From: Verrucomicrobiota bacterium
GTDB taxonomy: Bacteria > Verrucomicrobiota > Verrucomicrobiia > Limisphaerales > AAA164-E04
Direction: 5' to 3'
Assembly (NCBI GenBank): GCA_047947115.1
Contig: CP170459.1
Span: 219,218-283,217 of the forward strand
DNA: 64,000 nucleotides
In this document: piece by piece, positions 46,414 to 56,192 of the stretch
Position numbering within the stretch: position 1 is the first letter of the stretch
Layout: each line of letters opens with the position of its first letter
The notes under the pieces: generated by a model
Told to the model about the DNA's origin: nothing
What the model saw: only the letters and a program-made list of their open reading frames with translations
Databases searched by the model: none
Made by a program: the position numbers and the translations under genes

Positions 46414-46644
46414 AAGGTAGCGCCCCGCAATTGCAGGATCCTTGGCGCGCTCCTAAAGGTAATCGAACAGCAACCCGTTTCCGTTTTGGGAAGCCTTCGG
46501 TTTTCTAAAACCCATATACCTTCTGAATGCGGCAAATGGTGCTTTTCGATGGGATACACGTCGGGGTGTCCTTTGGATGGCATTCTTGAAGAGGTATGCC
46601 TCAAGGGGCGGACCGGGATCCCGACGAGTCGGGAATCTACCTGC
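46414..46644. repeat. Diverged full-length (about 231 bp) member of the MITE-like family seen at 6.5-8.1 kb
   Basis: The right end GGGGCGGACCGGGATCCCGACGAGTCGGGAATCTACCTGC is shared. So are the internal blocks gggaagccttcggtt and cctttgg...ttgaag...cctcaaggggcggaccgg. The left end is AAGGTAGCGCC. Confidence 0.6.
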
Positions 46645-46730
46645 AGCGCGGTATCCTCATTCCAAAATTCAAAATCTATCCTACAAAAAAGTTGAAACAA
46701 TTTCATGCAGGACCGTGCTTTTACGGTAGA

Positions 46731-47243
46731 ATGGAATGGATGACGATAACTGAGGTAATTGGATTATTTTTGACCGAAATAGTAATGATGGTGGGTGCCG
46801 TTGGAAGTGTCATTCCGGCAATCCCCAGTACACCGGTCGTTTTTATAGCGGCGTTGGGGCACAAGCTCTACTTCGGAGAATCCAGTGCCAGTGTGGGCGT
46901 GATGCTCGTGCTGGGTCTGGTCATGATGTTTTCCCTGATCCTCGATTACGTGGCCAGTCTGATTGGGGCCCGGAAACTCGGGGCAACCTGGAAAGGTGTG
47001 GTCGGGGCTTTGTTGGGCGGCATGTTTGGTTTGCTGCTGGGCCCCTGGGGAATATTGATCGGCCCGTTCGTCGGAGCGCTTGCATTCGAAATGATCGGTG
47101 GCCGCAACTTCGACGAAGCCACCAAAGCCGGCACCGGAGCATTACTGGGCATTCTGGCAGGAACACTGGGCAAATTTGTCTGCGCCATCGGGATGGCCGG
47201 CCTTTTTGCGGCGGATGTCATCATCCGCGCGTTCGGCTGGTGA
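46731..47243 (+). CDS. DUF456 family membrane protein
   Basis: It is a small hydrophobic protein with Gly-rich TM helices (GAVGSVIPAIPSTPVVF...GALLGGMFGLLLGPWGILIGPFVGA). Confidence 0.65.
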   Translation: MEWMTITEVIGLFLTEIVMMVGAVGSVIPAIPSTPVVFIAALGHKLYFGESSASVGVMLVLGLVMMFSLILDYVASLIGARKLGATWKGVVGALLGGMFGLLLGPWGILIGPFVGALAFEMIGGRNFDEATKAGTGALLGILAGTLGKFVCAIGMAGLFAADVIIRAFGW

Positions 47244-47254
47244 TCCGGAAAATT

Positions 47255-48793
47255 CTACGAGGAATCCCGCATCATGGCATCCACTTTGTCGCGCACGGTG
47301 GCGTCCATTTTGATCAATGGAGGCCATTCGCGCTGAAACCCTTCGCCGGATAACTTACGTGTCGCATCGAACCCAAGTTTGGTTCCGATTCCCATGGCTT
47401 CGGTCGCATGATCCAGCACATCGGCGGGACCTTTCGTGAAGATGGTGTCCCGTCTCGGTTCCGTGTTGGAACACAGGCGGAACAGGACTTCACTGGTATT
47501 GTGCACATCCACATCGTCATCCACCACCACGATGTATTTGGTGAACATCATTTGGCCCATGCCCCACAATCCATGCATGATTTTGAAAGCCTGCATCGGG
47601 TAGGTTTTGCGGATGCTCACGAAAACCAGATTGTGAAAGACTCCCTCTGCGGGCAGTGCGATGTCCACAATCTCCGGAAAGTTCATTTTGAAAACGGGCA
47701 GAAACAACTGCACACTCGCCTTGCCCATGTAGAAATCTTCCATGGGTGGAACCCCAACGATGGTTGCGGGGTAAATGGCGTCTTTTCGATGGGTGATCGC
47801 CGTGATGTGGAACACGGGATACGGCTCCGGCAAGGTATAAAACCCAGTGTGATCGCCGAAAGGACCTTCATCACGCAAGGGCTCTTTGGGATCGATGTAA
47901 CCTTCGATCACAAAATCGGCATTGGCAGGCACCTGGAGGTCGTTGGTTTCACATTGAACCATTTCGATGGATTTTTTACGCAGATACCCGGCAAGCAGGA
48001 ACTCATCCAATCCATCCGGCAAGGGTGCCGTCGCGGCAAAAGGAAAGACCGGATCCCCCCCAAGGAAGATACTCACCGGCATCCGTTGCCCGGTTTCGTA
48101 ATAACGTCGACCATGTCGGGCGGCAACCTTTTGAAGCTGCCAATGCATGCCTGTGGTTTGATCATCGTATATCTGAACGCGATACATGCCCAGATTCCCC
48201 TCACCGGTGTCCGGATCTCTGGTGACCACACAGGGCAGTGTGATGAACCGCCCCCCATCCAAAGGCCAGCATTTCAAAATCGGCAAATCCTTAAGCGTCG
48301 GCACAGAACGCTCATCGCTTGACGGATCCCGATCGGCAGACGGAGCCTGGGGCCAGGGTTCCGAACGGGTTTCCGGGGCGTCGAATCGATGGATCACTTC
48401 CTTGCAAGGGCCGGATTTCACCTTTTTGGGGCGTGTATGTCGCAGGTCCATGGCCGTACCAAGGAGCTTCATCGCATCCTTCAGTCCGGTGGGTGGTTTG
48501 GCTTTCATCAGACTGCCCAGCTCGGTTGCCACGGATGCCACGGAATCCGCCCCCATGGACAAAGCCATACGGCGGTCTGATCCCATGGTGTTGATGGCCA
48601 CCGGAAAAGGCGAGACCACCCCGTTGACAGTGGGTTGCTCAAACAGCAACGCCTTTCCGCCACCAGGTTTTTTCATTTCCCGGTCGGTGATTTCGGTGAT
48701 TTCCAATTCGGTGGCCACGGGTTCCTTGATACGAACCAGCTCACCCATTGCTTCCAGTTTTTCGACAAAATCCCTATATGATCCAAATGCCAT
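47255..48793 (-). CDS. UbiD-family (prenyl-FMN-dependent) decarboxylase
   Basis: Motifs are MAFGSYRDFVEKLEAMGELVRIKEPV, LLFEQP, GGRFITLPCVVTRDPDTGEGNLGMYR and EGPFGDHTGFY. It carries a roughly 35-aa low-complexity insert (APETRSEPWPQAPSADRDPSSDERS). Confidence 0.85.
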   Translation of the reverse strand: MAFGSYRDFVEKLEAMGELVRIKEPVATELEITEITDREMKKPGGGKALLFEQPTVNGVVSPFPVAINTMGSDRRMALSMGADSVASVATELGSLMKAKPPTGLKDAMKLLGTAMDLRHTRPKKVKSGPCKEVIHRFDAPETRSEPWPQAPSADRDPSSDERSVPTLKDLPILKCWPLDGGRFITLPCVVTRDPDTGEGNLGMYRVQIYDDQTTGMHWQLQKVAARHGRRYYETGQRMPVSIFLGGDPVFPFAATAPLPDGLDEFLLAGYLRKKSIEMVQCETNDLQVPANADFVIEGYIDPKEPLRDEGPFGDHTGFYTLPEPYPVFHITAITHRKDAIYPATIVGVPPMEDFYMGKASVQLFLPVFKMNFPEIVDIALPAEGVFHNLVFVSIRKTYPMQAFKIMHGLWGMGQMMFTKYIVVVDDDVDVHNTSEVLFRLCSNTEPRRDTIFTKGPADVLDHATEAMGIGTKLGFDATRKLSGEGFQREWPPLIKMDATVRDKVDAMMRDSS

Positions 48794-49059
48794 GCTCCGG
48801 ACAGCCTACCAGAGTTTCTTCCGGATTCAATGGAACAGAACAAAGATATCACCGAGTTTGTTGTGAAGGTTAAGATTGGATCAAATTCTGGTCTTGCTGC
48901 CCGATCGAATGTCCGGTATCAATCCGAGCGTTCAAAGAAGCACGAAACGATCTCGCCTTGATCGGATTCCAATGGGATTCGTCGATTGTAAAAGACAATG
49001 GTATCGCACCGGTTTTAGTCTGTGCCCCACTGATCAATATCCGGAAACACTATCAAACA

Positions 49060-49902
49060 ATGCAAACTTTGGAAAAAATGGAACCCATGTCGGCAGGGCA
49101 AATCCTGGACCGTACGCTCAAACTTTACTCTCATCACTGGAGCTTGCTGCTCGGGATCTCAGCTGTCCTGACCTTACCGGCGGCGGGGATCATGATCGCG
49201 ATCAATTCCTTCACACAACATGCTCTGCGAAATCAGAACACATCGGGAATGTTGATCGGAGGAATTTTGAATCTGGTGGCCATCTGCCTGTATGGATTTG
49301 TGATCTATCCCTGGGCGCAGGGAGCCTCAACCTTTGCCATCAGCGAACGTTATCTCAACCGTGAAGTGGGCATCGGACAGGCAATTGGTTTTGGTTGGCG
49401 ACGTTTGGGCACTTTATTCAATGTATCGATGTCGATCGGCCTGCGGGTTTTCATTGGTATGCTGCTCTTCGTTGTGCCCGGCATCATGTGGGCTTGCTCT
49501 TATGTGGCGGCATTGCCGGCGGTGATTATCGAGGGTGGCAAAGCCAGGGATGGCATGCAACGCAGCCGCGAACTGGCCGATGGGAGACGATGGAGCGTTT
49601 TCACCGTACTCATGACCATCTGGCTGCTGAGCATCCTCCTTAATATCGCCTTTTACTTTGTGGTGGACATCGGATTTGGAGCTTCGACTTTCTTGGGAGA
49701 CTTGATTTACAACGTCATCAGCCAGGGCATTGGGATCCTGCTGACGCCGGTCGGCGTGATCGCCGCGACACTGCTTTATTATGATTTCCGCATACGAAAG
49801 GAGGGATTCGACCTGGAAATGCTGCAACAAACGTTGCACGAGGAATTCAGCACAGAATCGGATGACCAACAACCTCCCTTCAATCGAGACCAGGGATTCT
49901 AA
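49060..49902 (+). CDS. Polytopic membrane protein (glycerophosphodiester-phosphodiesterase membrane-domain-like), first gene of the MoxR cluster
   Basis: SAGQILDRTLKLYSHHWSLLLGISAVL is followed by 5-6 TM segments. The start is uncertain (49060, 49078 or 49087). Confidence 0.6.
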   Translation: MQTLEKMEPMSAGQILDRTLKLYSHHWSLLLGISAVLTLPAAGIMIAINSFTQHALRNQNTSGMLIGGILNLVAICLYGFVIYPWAQGASTFAISERYLNREVGIGQAIGFGWRRLGTLFNVSMSIGLRVFIGMLLFVVPGIMWACSYVAALPAVIIEGGKARDGMQRSRELADGRRWSVFTVLMTIWLLSILLNIAFYFVVDIGFGASTFLGDLIYNVISQGIGILLTPVGVIAATLLYYDFRIRKEGFDLEMLQQTLHEEFSTESDDQQPPFNRDQGF

Positions 49903-49950
49903 CACCTTGGCATGATTCGATAAAATCAAAGGCCCCTTCAAGATCGAAAC

Positions 49951-50589
49951 ATGGCCCAGGCTCAATCAATGTTCGATGACGAGATCATTCGCGAAAGCGC
50001 TCGCGACATCCTCGAACAATCGGAGTTCCGGGAGGAAGAGGCCGCCTATGTCATCCAAAAATGGCTGAGCAAACTGGGCGACTGGTTGGGATCCTTTCAG
50101 GATTGGACCGCTGATCATCCTATCTACACCTGGCTGATCATCATCGGCCTGCTCATCATCCTGATTCTGCTGGTCACCCATATCATCTACACAGCGTTCG
50201 GAGATAGTTTCGGCGCAAAAAAAAACCAGCTCGACTGCACGGGAACCGGACGATCCATGGAAGTCCTGGAAGGAAAGGCTTCGAGCTGGCGGGAAGGACT
50301 GGACAAAGCCAAGTCCGCGCTGGCATCCGGACAACTGCATGAAGCGATCTGGATCGGCCATCGTGTCTTGTTGGGATTGCTGGATGAAATCGGATGCATC
50401 CAATTCCAAGGCCATAAAACAAACACCACCTATCTCCGGGAACTGGGTCAGCACCATGCCTGGTTCGACCTGTTGAACCGGTTCACCCACACTTACGAAA
50501 CGAACGTCTATGGATGCAAGCAAAGCGAAGTGGAAGAAATCCGCACGCTGCTTGGCGAAGTGGTCACATGTGTGGAGGAATCCTCATGA
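49951..50589 (+). CDS. DUF4129 domain protein
   Basis: It has the N-terminal ARDILEQSEFRE, one TM helix, and a C-terminal HEAIWIGHRVLLGLLDE...TYLREL pattern. Confidence 0.65.
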   Translation: MAQAQSMFDDEIIRESARDILEQSEFREEEAAYVIQKWLSKLGDWLGSFQDWTADHPIYTWLIIIGLLIILILLVTHIIYTAFGDSFGAKKNQLDCTGTGRSMEVLEGKASSWREGLDKAKSALASGQLHEAIWIGHRVLLGLLDEIGCIQFQGHKTNTTYLRELGQHHAWFDLLNRFTHTYETNVYGCKQSEVEEIRTLLGEVVTCVEESS

Positions 50590-51866
50590 ACACCGAACAG
50601 AAGAATCGACTCATCGTCTTCTCAGCGCTGGCCTGTTTCTTTTTACTCATGGCTTTGGTGACACTTCTTTCTCCAAAGGCAAACCATGACCTGCTGAACC
50701 GACCAAGCACCTATTACACCGACAAGACCGGAGCCAAGGGACTCCTGCTGGTTTTGCGGGAATTTCTTCCCTCCGTCACCCAATGGCGCAAACCATTCGC
50801 CGTGGTTGCCGGGCACCAACATCTCAATCAAGACATTGACACATTGATCGTCGCCTCACCAAGCCGCCCTCTTGGACCGCATGAAACAGACGCCCTCTTG
50901 AGCTGGGTGGAACAGGGCGGCCAACTCATTCTGGCCCTGGAGGAGGACTGGGCCATTTCGGACCAGCCTCTCCAAAGACAGAACGACTGGCTCAACAAAC
51001 GCCGCCAGAAGGCGCTGCAAATGAAACCCGATGAGAACGGTTCTCAAGCAATCGACAATGGTTTACTGAAGGGATTGGAACTCGGTTTTGATGTGGAACG
51101 TCAGCAGCAATACTCGTTCTCCGAGTGGTCGACACCAGGGGAAAACCTTCCGGCTTACATGATCAAATCCCGGGAAGCATCAACCTGGGAAGGGGCGTTT
51201 GAACCCTTCGTGGTCGGGGAAAACAATGAACCGCCAGTTGTCAGCAGACCCATGGGAATGGGGCGCATTCTGGTCATTGGTCATGGCTCGATGATCTCAA
51301 ACGAAGCAATGATGGACTCCGACAACGCCATCTGGTGGACCCGCATCTGTGGCTCCTGGGGCAACGGACGCGTCGCTTTTGACGAATATCATCACGGATT
51401 TGCCGAACGCCGGGAATTTTCATCATTGGCAGGCGATTTCATCCGTACCCCCTGGGGTTGGTTCACGGTTCAAGCCATGCTTGCCGGTGGAGTATTCATG
51501 TTGCTCACCAAACGTCGCCTGGGTCGAATCTATGAAAAACCGGTCACAAACACGCGTGAAACGCTCAAGCTGCTCCAGGCTCGATCCTCCATGCTTGAAC
51601 AAGCTCAACCGACACGGTTGTCGGCACAATGGATAGCTCATACCCTGGCGCTGGATCTGACACAAGGAGGTCTGAATGTCCCCTGGAGAGACTGGATTCA
51701 AGCCCAGGCCGAACACACACAAGACAGTGAAATCGGGGGCCACTGGAAACGGTTGATCGATCAACTCAACAAACTGGACCAATCGACATCCAGCGATGAA
51801 GCAACGCTGAAACACCTCAGCCAAACAGCCACTACCATTCAACACTTTTATCGTCATGAACATTGA
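50586..51866 (+). CDS. DUF4350 domain protein
   Basis: The ATG overlaps the upstream stop (ATGA). It has N- and C-terminal TM helices and a GldG-like central domain (TLIVASPSRPL...GRILVIGHGSMISNE). Confidence 0.65.
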   Translation: MNTEQKNRLIVFSALACFFLLMALVTLLSPKANHDLLNRPSTYYTDKTGAKGLLLVLREFLPSVTQWRKPFAVVAGHQHLNQDIDTLIVASPSRPLGPHETDALLSWVEQGGQLILALEEDWAISDQPLQRQNDWLNKRRQKALQMKPDENGSQAIDNGLLKGLELGFDVERQQQYSFSEWSTPGENLPAYMIKSREASTWEGAFEPFVVGENNEPPVVSRPMGMGRILVIGHGSMISNEAMMDSDNAIWWTRICGSWGNGRVAFDEYHHGFAERREFSSLAGDFIRTPWGWFTVQAMLAGGVFMLLTKRRLGRIYEKPVTNTRETLKLLQARSSMLEQAQPTRLSAQWIAHTLALDLTQGGLNVPWRDWIQAQAEHTQDSEIGGHWKRLIDQLNKLDQSTSSDEATLKHLSQTATTIQHFYRHEH

Positions 51867-52842
51867 ACCTCAAGAAGACCCCATCCCCGAAGAAACAACG
51901 GGACGCACTCTGGCCAGCCAGGTCCAGGAGCAGCTCCAGACCGTTATCAGCGGACAGGAATCCGTCATTCAAGGATTGCTGACATGCCTCGTCGCAGGCG
52001 GACACGGCCTGCTGGAAGGCGTCCCCGGCGTCGCCAAGACGTTACTTGTAAAATGCCTCGCGGCCAGCTCGGACTGTGACTACTCCCGCATCCAGTTCAC
52101 CCCCGACCTGATGCCCAACGACATCACCGGGGTGAACATATATGATCAAAACGAAAACCGTTTTCAATTCCGCAAAGGCCCTGTTTTCGGAGACATCGTT
52201 CTCGCCGATGAAATCAATCGTGCCCCCGCCAAAACCCAGGCCGCCCTGTTGGAAGCCATGCAGGAAAAACAGGTGAGTATCGACGGTGAACGCCATGCAC
52301 TCTCGGAACTGTTCACCGTCGTGGCAACACAGAATCCGGTGGATTACGAAGGTACCTATCCCCTCCCTGAAGCCCAATTGGACCGGTTCCTCATGAAGTT
52401 GCATGTCCCCTACCCATCCGAAGACGCTGAGTTGGAAATCCTCCAGCGCATGCACGCACTCGGGGACGCCGCCCCCAAACCGGAACAGCAAATCCAGGCG
52501 GTAATCCAACGCAACGACCTCGCCGCCATGAGATCCCAGGCCAGGGCCTTGCCTATCGAAGCGCCCGTGATGCAATACATCATCAGCATCATCCGCAAGT
52601 CCCGATCCCTTCAAAGCATCGCCCTCGGAGCCAGTCCACGAGCCGCCGTGATGCTCATGGATGCGGCCAAAGCCCTGGCAGTTCTCCGCGCAAAAGAATT
52701 CGTCACACCCGATGAAGTTCAAACGCTCGCCTGTCCCGTGTTGAGGCATCGCATACGCCTGACACCCGAAGCAGAGGTGGAAGGACTGAGCCCCGACTCA
52801 TGTATTCAGGAACTCCTTCAACAAGTCCCCATACCCCGCTAA
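51856..52842 (+). CDS. MoxR-family AAA+ ATPase
   Basis: Walker A is LLEGVPGVAKT and Walker B is IVLADEINRAPAKTQAALLEAMQE. It also has VATQNP and a C-terminal lid. It overlaps the upstream gene by 11 nt. Confidence 0.92.
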   Translation: MNIEPQEDPIPEETTGRTLASQVQEQLQTVISGQESVIQGLLTCLVAGGHGLLEGVPGVAKTLLVKCLAASSDCDYSRIQFTPDLMPNDITGVNIYDQNENRFQFRKGPVFGDIVLADEINRAPAKTQAALLEAMQEKQVSIDGERHALSELFTVVATQNPVDYEGTYPLPEAQLDRFLMKLHVPYPSEDAELEILQRMHALGDAAPKPEQQIQAVIQRNDLAAMRSQARALPIEAPVMQYIISIIRKSRSLQSIALGASPRAAVMLMDAAKALAVLRAKEFVTPDEVQTLACPVLRHRIRLTPEAEVEGLSPDSCIQELLQQVPIPR

Positions 52843-52843
52843 C

Positions 52844-54178
52844 ATGGGACGCTTTCGGCTCAACTGGATTCCAGGCACCCCTGGCCTCATTTGGCTGGTA
52901 ATCGGAGGTCTGTGCTGGCTGCCTGTGACGGTGTTGGGCGAATCGGCTTTGATATTTGGAGCCGTGTTTTGGGTAGGATGGCTGACTTTTCTGTTCATGA
53001 AAGCAAAACAGATCCCCAAAAAAGCATCCGTTCACATCAAACGCAGAACCCCGGCGCGATTCCTGTCAGGACGTTCCGCAACAATCCATTTATCCATCGA
53101 AAACCACAGTTCACTCCCCGTTCTGATTCATCTTCATGATGAAGTTCCGGACAGGTTTGAATTGGACAAAGAATTTGCCCCCATTCAGATCGGAGCACAC
53201 CAAACAATCACCGTTTCCTACGAAATCCGCCCGTACCAACGGGGCATGCAATCCTTCGGAAAATGTGTCGCCCGCCTGGCCGCTCCCGGCGCCTGGATCT
53301 GGAGAGAATTCCAATGGGACATTGAAGAAACCGTCAAGGTCTATCCGGACTTCAAACTCATCCCCGAAGAACGTCTCACAGCAAAAATGCTGCTCAAAGA
53401 CTGGCACGTGAAACGTCCGAGAAAGAAACGCGGCGAAGGCCACGAATTCGAAAACCTCCGTCCCTATGTGACAGGGGACGACACCCGTCACGTGGACTGG
53501 AAAGCTTCCGCACGAAGGCAAAAACTCATCGTGCGTCAGCTCCAGGTGGAACGCGGGCAGCAAATCGCCATCATGCTCGACTGTGGGCGTTTGATGAGCG
53601 AAACCATTTCCGGCGCGACACGCCTGGATCATTCAATGAACGCCGCCCTGATGCTCGGCCAGGTCGCCAGCAAGCGCGGGGATAACATGTCCCTAGTCTG
53701 CTTCTCGAATCAAATCCACGCCTACATGCCTTCCAGCAAGGGCCGAGGCGTCCTGCACCGCATGATGGAAACGCTTTACCATGTCGAAGCCTCCCCTGTG
53801 GAATCCGACTATTGGCAAGTCACCGCGGAAGCCATGCATCTGCTGAAGCGCAGAAGCCTGATTGTGTTTTTCACCGACGTGTTGGATCTTTCTGGCAGCG
53901 TCGGATTGGCAAACAATCTCGCACGCGCCACATCCAGGCATCTGGTTCTTTGTGTGGTCATGTCCGAACCCGGCATCTTGAAGGCAGCGCGTCAAATGCC
54001 GAACACCCAACATGAAGTTTATGAAAAGGCAGCCGCTTCCCAACTGCTTATCAAACGCCATCTGGCCCTGGAAAAAATGCGTTCCAAGGGTATTCTTGTG
54101 TTGGAAACCACACCGGAAGCGTTGACCGTCAACCTGATCCGACGCTATATCGAAATCCGCATGAGCAACCTCCAATAA
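52844..54178 (+). CDS. DUF58 (vWA-like) protein, MoxR partner
   Basis: It has two N-terminal TM helices, GEGHEFENLRPYVTGDDTRHVDWKASAR, and a vWA-like IAIMLDCGRLM block. Confidence 0.85.
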   Translation: MGRFRLNWIPGTPGLIWLVIGGLCWLPVTVLGESALIFGAVFWVGWLTFLFMKAKQIPKKASVHIKRRTPARFLSGRSATIHLSIENHSSLPVLIHLHDEVPDRFELDKEFAPIQIGAHQTITVSYEIRPYQRGMQSFGKCVARLAAPGAWIWREFQWDIEETVKVYPDFKLIPEERLTAKMLLKDWHVKRPRKKRGEGHEFENLRPYVTGDDTRHVDWKASARRQKLIVRQLQVERGQQIAIMLDCGRLMSETISGATRLDHSMNAALMLGQVASKRGDNMSLVCFSNQIHAYMPSSKGRGVLHRMMETLYHVEASPVESDYWQVTAEAMHLLKRRSLIVFFTDVLDLSGSVGLANNLARATSRHLVLCVVMSEPGILKAARQMPNTQHEVYEKAAASQLLIKRHLALEKMRSKGILVLETTPEALTVNLIRRYIEIRMSNLQ

Positions 54179-54183
54179 ACGTC

Positions 54184-55041
54184 ATGAAAGACTCCATCTT
54201 CCTCTCCACCCCCGAACACGCTTCTCTTGAATTCGAGCTGGCCGGTCTGGGATCGCGTTTCATGGCGCATGCCATTGATCTGATGGTGATCGGTGCCGTG
54301 TTGATCGTATTTTGGCTGTTTATCATCCTGGGACCACTGGCCTTCCTGGTTCGTGATGCGCTTGGTTCGGCTGAAGTATTCGGCTCCTACGGCATCGCCA
54401 TGATGATTTTGATCTCCTTTGTGTTGCTATGGGGCTACTATTTCCTGCTCGAAGGATACTACCAGGGAACCACCCCCGGCAAAAAAGCCATGGGCATCCG
54501 GGTGATCAGGGAAGATGGATTGCCGATCGGATATTATGAAGCGGCGGTGAGGAATTTCGTCAGGGCAGCGGATGCGTTTCCGCCCCCGACTTATTTTCTG
54601 GGTGGAATCGTGATGCAAGTCGATTCAACAGGCAAACGTCTCGGTGACATGGTGGCGGGCACCATTGTCATTCGCGAATCCTTTCCCCAGGCAATCGAAT
54701 CCCGCACCGGAGCAGCCTGGGCAGCGCGAGTCGAGAAAGGTCACTCCCGGAAACCACTCTCCCTGCCGGGCGGCGATGTCACCGTCAGGCAAATGGACCT
54801 GATCGAACAATATCTGAACCGTCGAACTTCCTTTCCCCTCGAACGTCGACAGGAACTGGCACAATCGATGGCCGCTCCCCTTTGGAAAATCGCAGGTCTG
54901 CAAAAACCCGATGAAACCTCAATCACCGGCATCCTGCAGCGTGATGAAAAATTCCTCCAACACTTGCTCGATCAGGCGAACGAGGACGGCGCTCATTCCA
55001 CGACATTACAAATCCCAAAACCTGAATCCTCGTTTTTTTGA
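54184..55041 (+). CDS. RDD family membrane protein
   Basis: Motifs are RFMAHAIDLMVIG, GTTPGKKAMGIRVI and KRLGDMVAGTIVI. Confidence 0.8.
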   Translation: MKDSIFLSTPEHASLEFELAGLGSRFMAHAIDLMVIGAVLIVFWLFIILGPLAFLVRDALGSAEVFGSYGIAMMILISFVLLWGYYFLLEGYYQGTTPGKKAMGIRVIREDGLPIGYYEAAVRNFVRAADAFPPPTYFLGGIVMQVDSTGKRLGDMVAGTIVIRESFPQAIESRTGAAWAARVEKGHSRKPLSLPGGDVTVRQMDLIEQYLNRRTSFPLERRQELAQSMAAPLWKIAGLQKPDETSITGILQRDEKFLQHLLDQANEDGAHSTTLQIPKPESSFF

Positions 55042-55044
55042 ACG

Positions 55045-56052
55045 ATGCCCACCATGCCACCCAACGAAACCATCGAAACGTTTGAAGGCGCCGACAAGCA
55101 GGCTCACTGGCGTCGGTTCGAGGAAGCCACCAGCCGCTTGCGCAAACGCCGGAACAAGACGTTGCGCGATCTTTCTGAAACAGAACTCATAGCCTTCTTT
55201 GACCAATATCAATCCATCACCGCCGACCTGGCGCGTGCGCGATCGCTTGGTGCTCCCGATTCGGTTGTGGACCGGCTCAACCGCATGGCCGTGACCGGAC
55301 ATATGATCTTGTATGGATACCCCAAAAAATCGAACCCCACGAACAAAGGAGCCTGGTGGCATGCCTTCGCACGAGTCGTGCGGCAGCACCTGTGGGCATT
55401 GGGGCTCTCTTGCATCCTATTCTTTGGCACGGCGGTGGTGACTTACTTTTCCGTATTGAACAACCCGCAGCTCGGATTCGATCTCGTCCCGGATGAATTC
55501 CTGCACTTCAATCCCGCCAAGGAAGACAACATGCACGACATACCCAGTCTGTCACGCCCGATAGCGGCATCCAGCATCATGTCAAACAACATCCAGGTCT
55601 CGCTCCTTGCCTTTGGAATGGGCCTCACCGCCGGCATCGGCACCGCCACCATTTTGATTTTTAACGGCATGCATCTGGGAGCCATTGCAGGTTGGTTTGC
55701 CGTGCAGGGAAACAGCCGTTCGTTGTGGGGATGGATCATGCCACATGGGGGCGTTGAACTACTTGCGATCAGTCTTGCCGGAGCGGCCGGTTTTCTGCTG
55801 GCAAGGGCGATCTACTGCCCGGGCCAGGTCCGGCGTCGCACCGCGCTCAAACAAATCGGCCGCTCAGCGCTGGTCATGGAACTCGGAGTCATGGTGATGC
55901 TGGTCTTTGCCGGTCTGATCGAAGGGTTCGTTTCTCCCAGCGCCATCGGATACCATACACGGATGGCGGTTTTGGCAATCACCCTCACGATTTGGACGGG
56001 TTACTTTGTAATGGCTGGAAGAAACGAATTTAAAATAGTGAATAGTGAATAG
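55045..56052 (+). CDS. SpoIIM-like (DUF95) membrane protein
   Basis: The topology and the block PHGGVELLAISLAGAAGFLLA are typical of stage II sporulation protein M-like proteins. The last 9 codons and the stop lie inside the AT-rich repeat. Confidence 0.7.
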   Translation: MPTMPPNETIETFEGADKQAHWRRFEEATSRLRKRRNKTLRDLSETELIAFFDQYQSITADLARARSLGAPDSVVDRLNRMAVTGHMILYGYPKKSNPTNKGAWWHAFARVVRQHLWALGLSCILFFGTAVVTYFSVLNNPQLGFDLVPDEFLHFNPAKEDNMHDIPSLSRPIAASSIMSNNIQVSLLAFGMGLTAGIGTATILIFNGMHLGAIAGWFAVQGNSRSLWGWIMPHGGVELLAISLAGAAGFLLARAIYCPGQVRRRTALKQIGRSALVMELGVMVMLVFAGLIEGFVSPSAIGYHTRMAVLAITLTIWTGYFVMAGRNEFKIVNSE

Positions 56053-56192
56053 TAAATTGGAGACAGGTGGCAGAATGGTTCAGGGCTTTGCTTAGTTTCC
56101 CGCTGTCTGGATACCATGAGGTTTCCCGCCGAGACGACACGATTTACCTGCTCCCAGCCAATTTACTATTTTAAATTCACTATTTACTATTT
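56026..56192. repeat. AT-rich inverted-repeat element at a convergent gene junction
   Basis: The left arm is 56026-56060 (GAATTTAAAATAGTGAATAGTGAATAGTAAATTGG) and the right arm is 56158-56192. The 13-bp perfect inverted repeat is AATAGTAAATTGG / CCAATTTACTATT, with a 97-bp GC-normal core between the arms. Confidence 0.7.

Noticed and set aside
50219-50226. An A8 homopolymer inside the DUF4129 gene as a possible slippage or phase-variation site.
   Set aside because: The reading frame is intact across it (…GAKKNQ…). A single A8 in coding DNA is not unusual, and there is no evidence of alternative frames.
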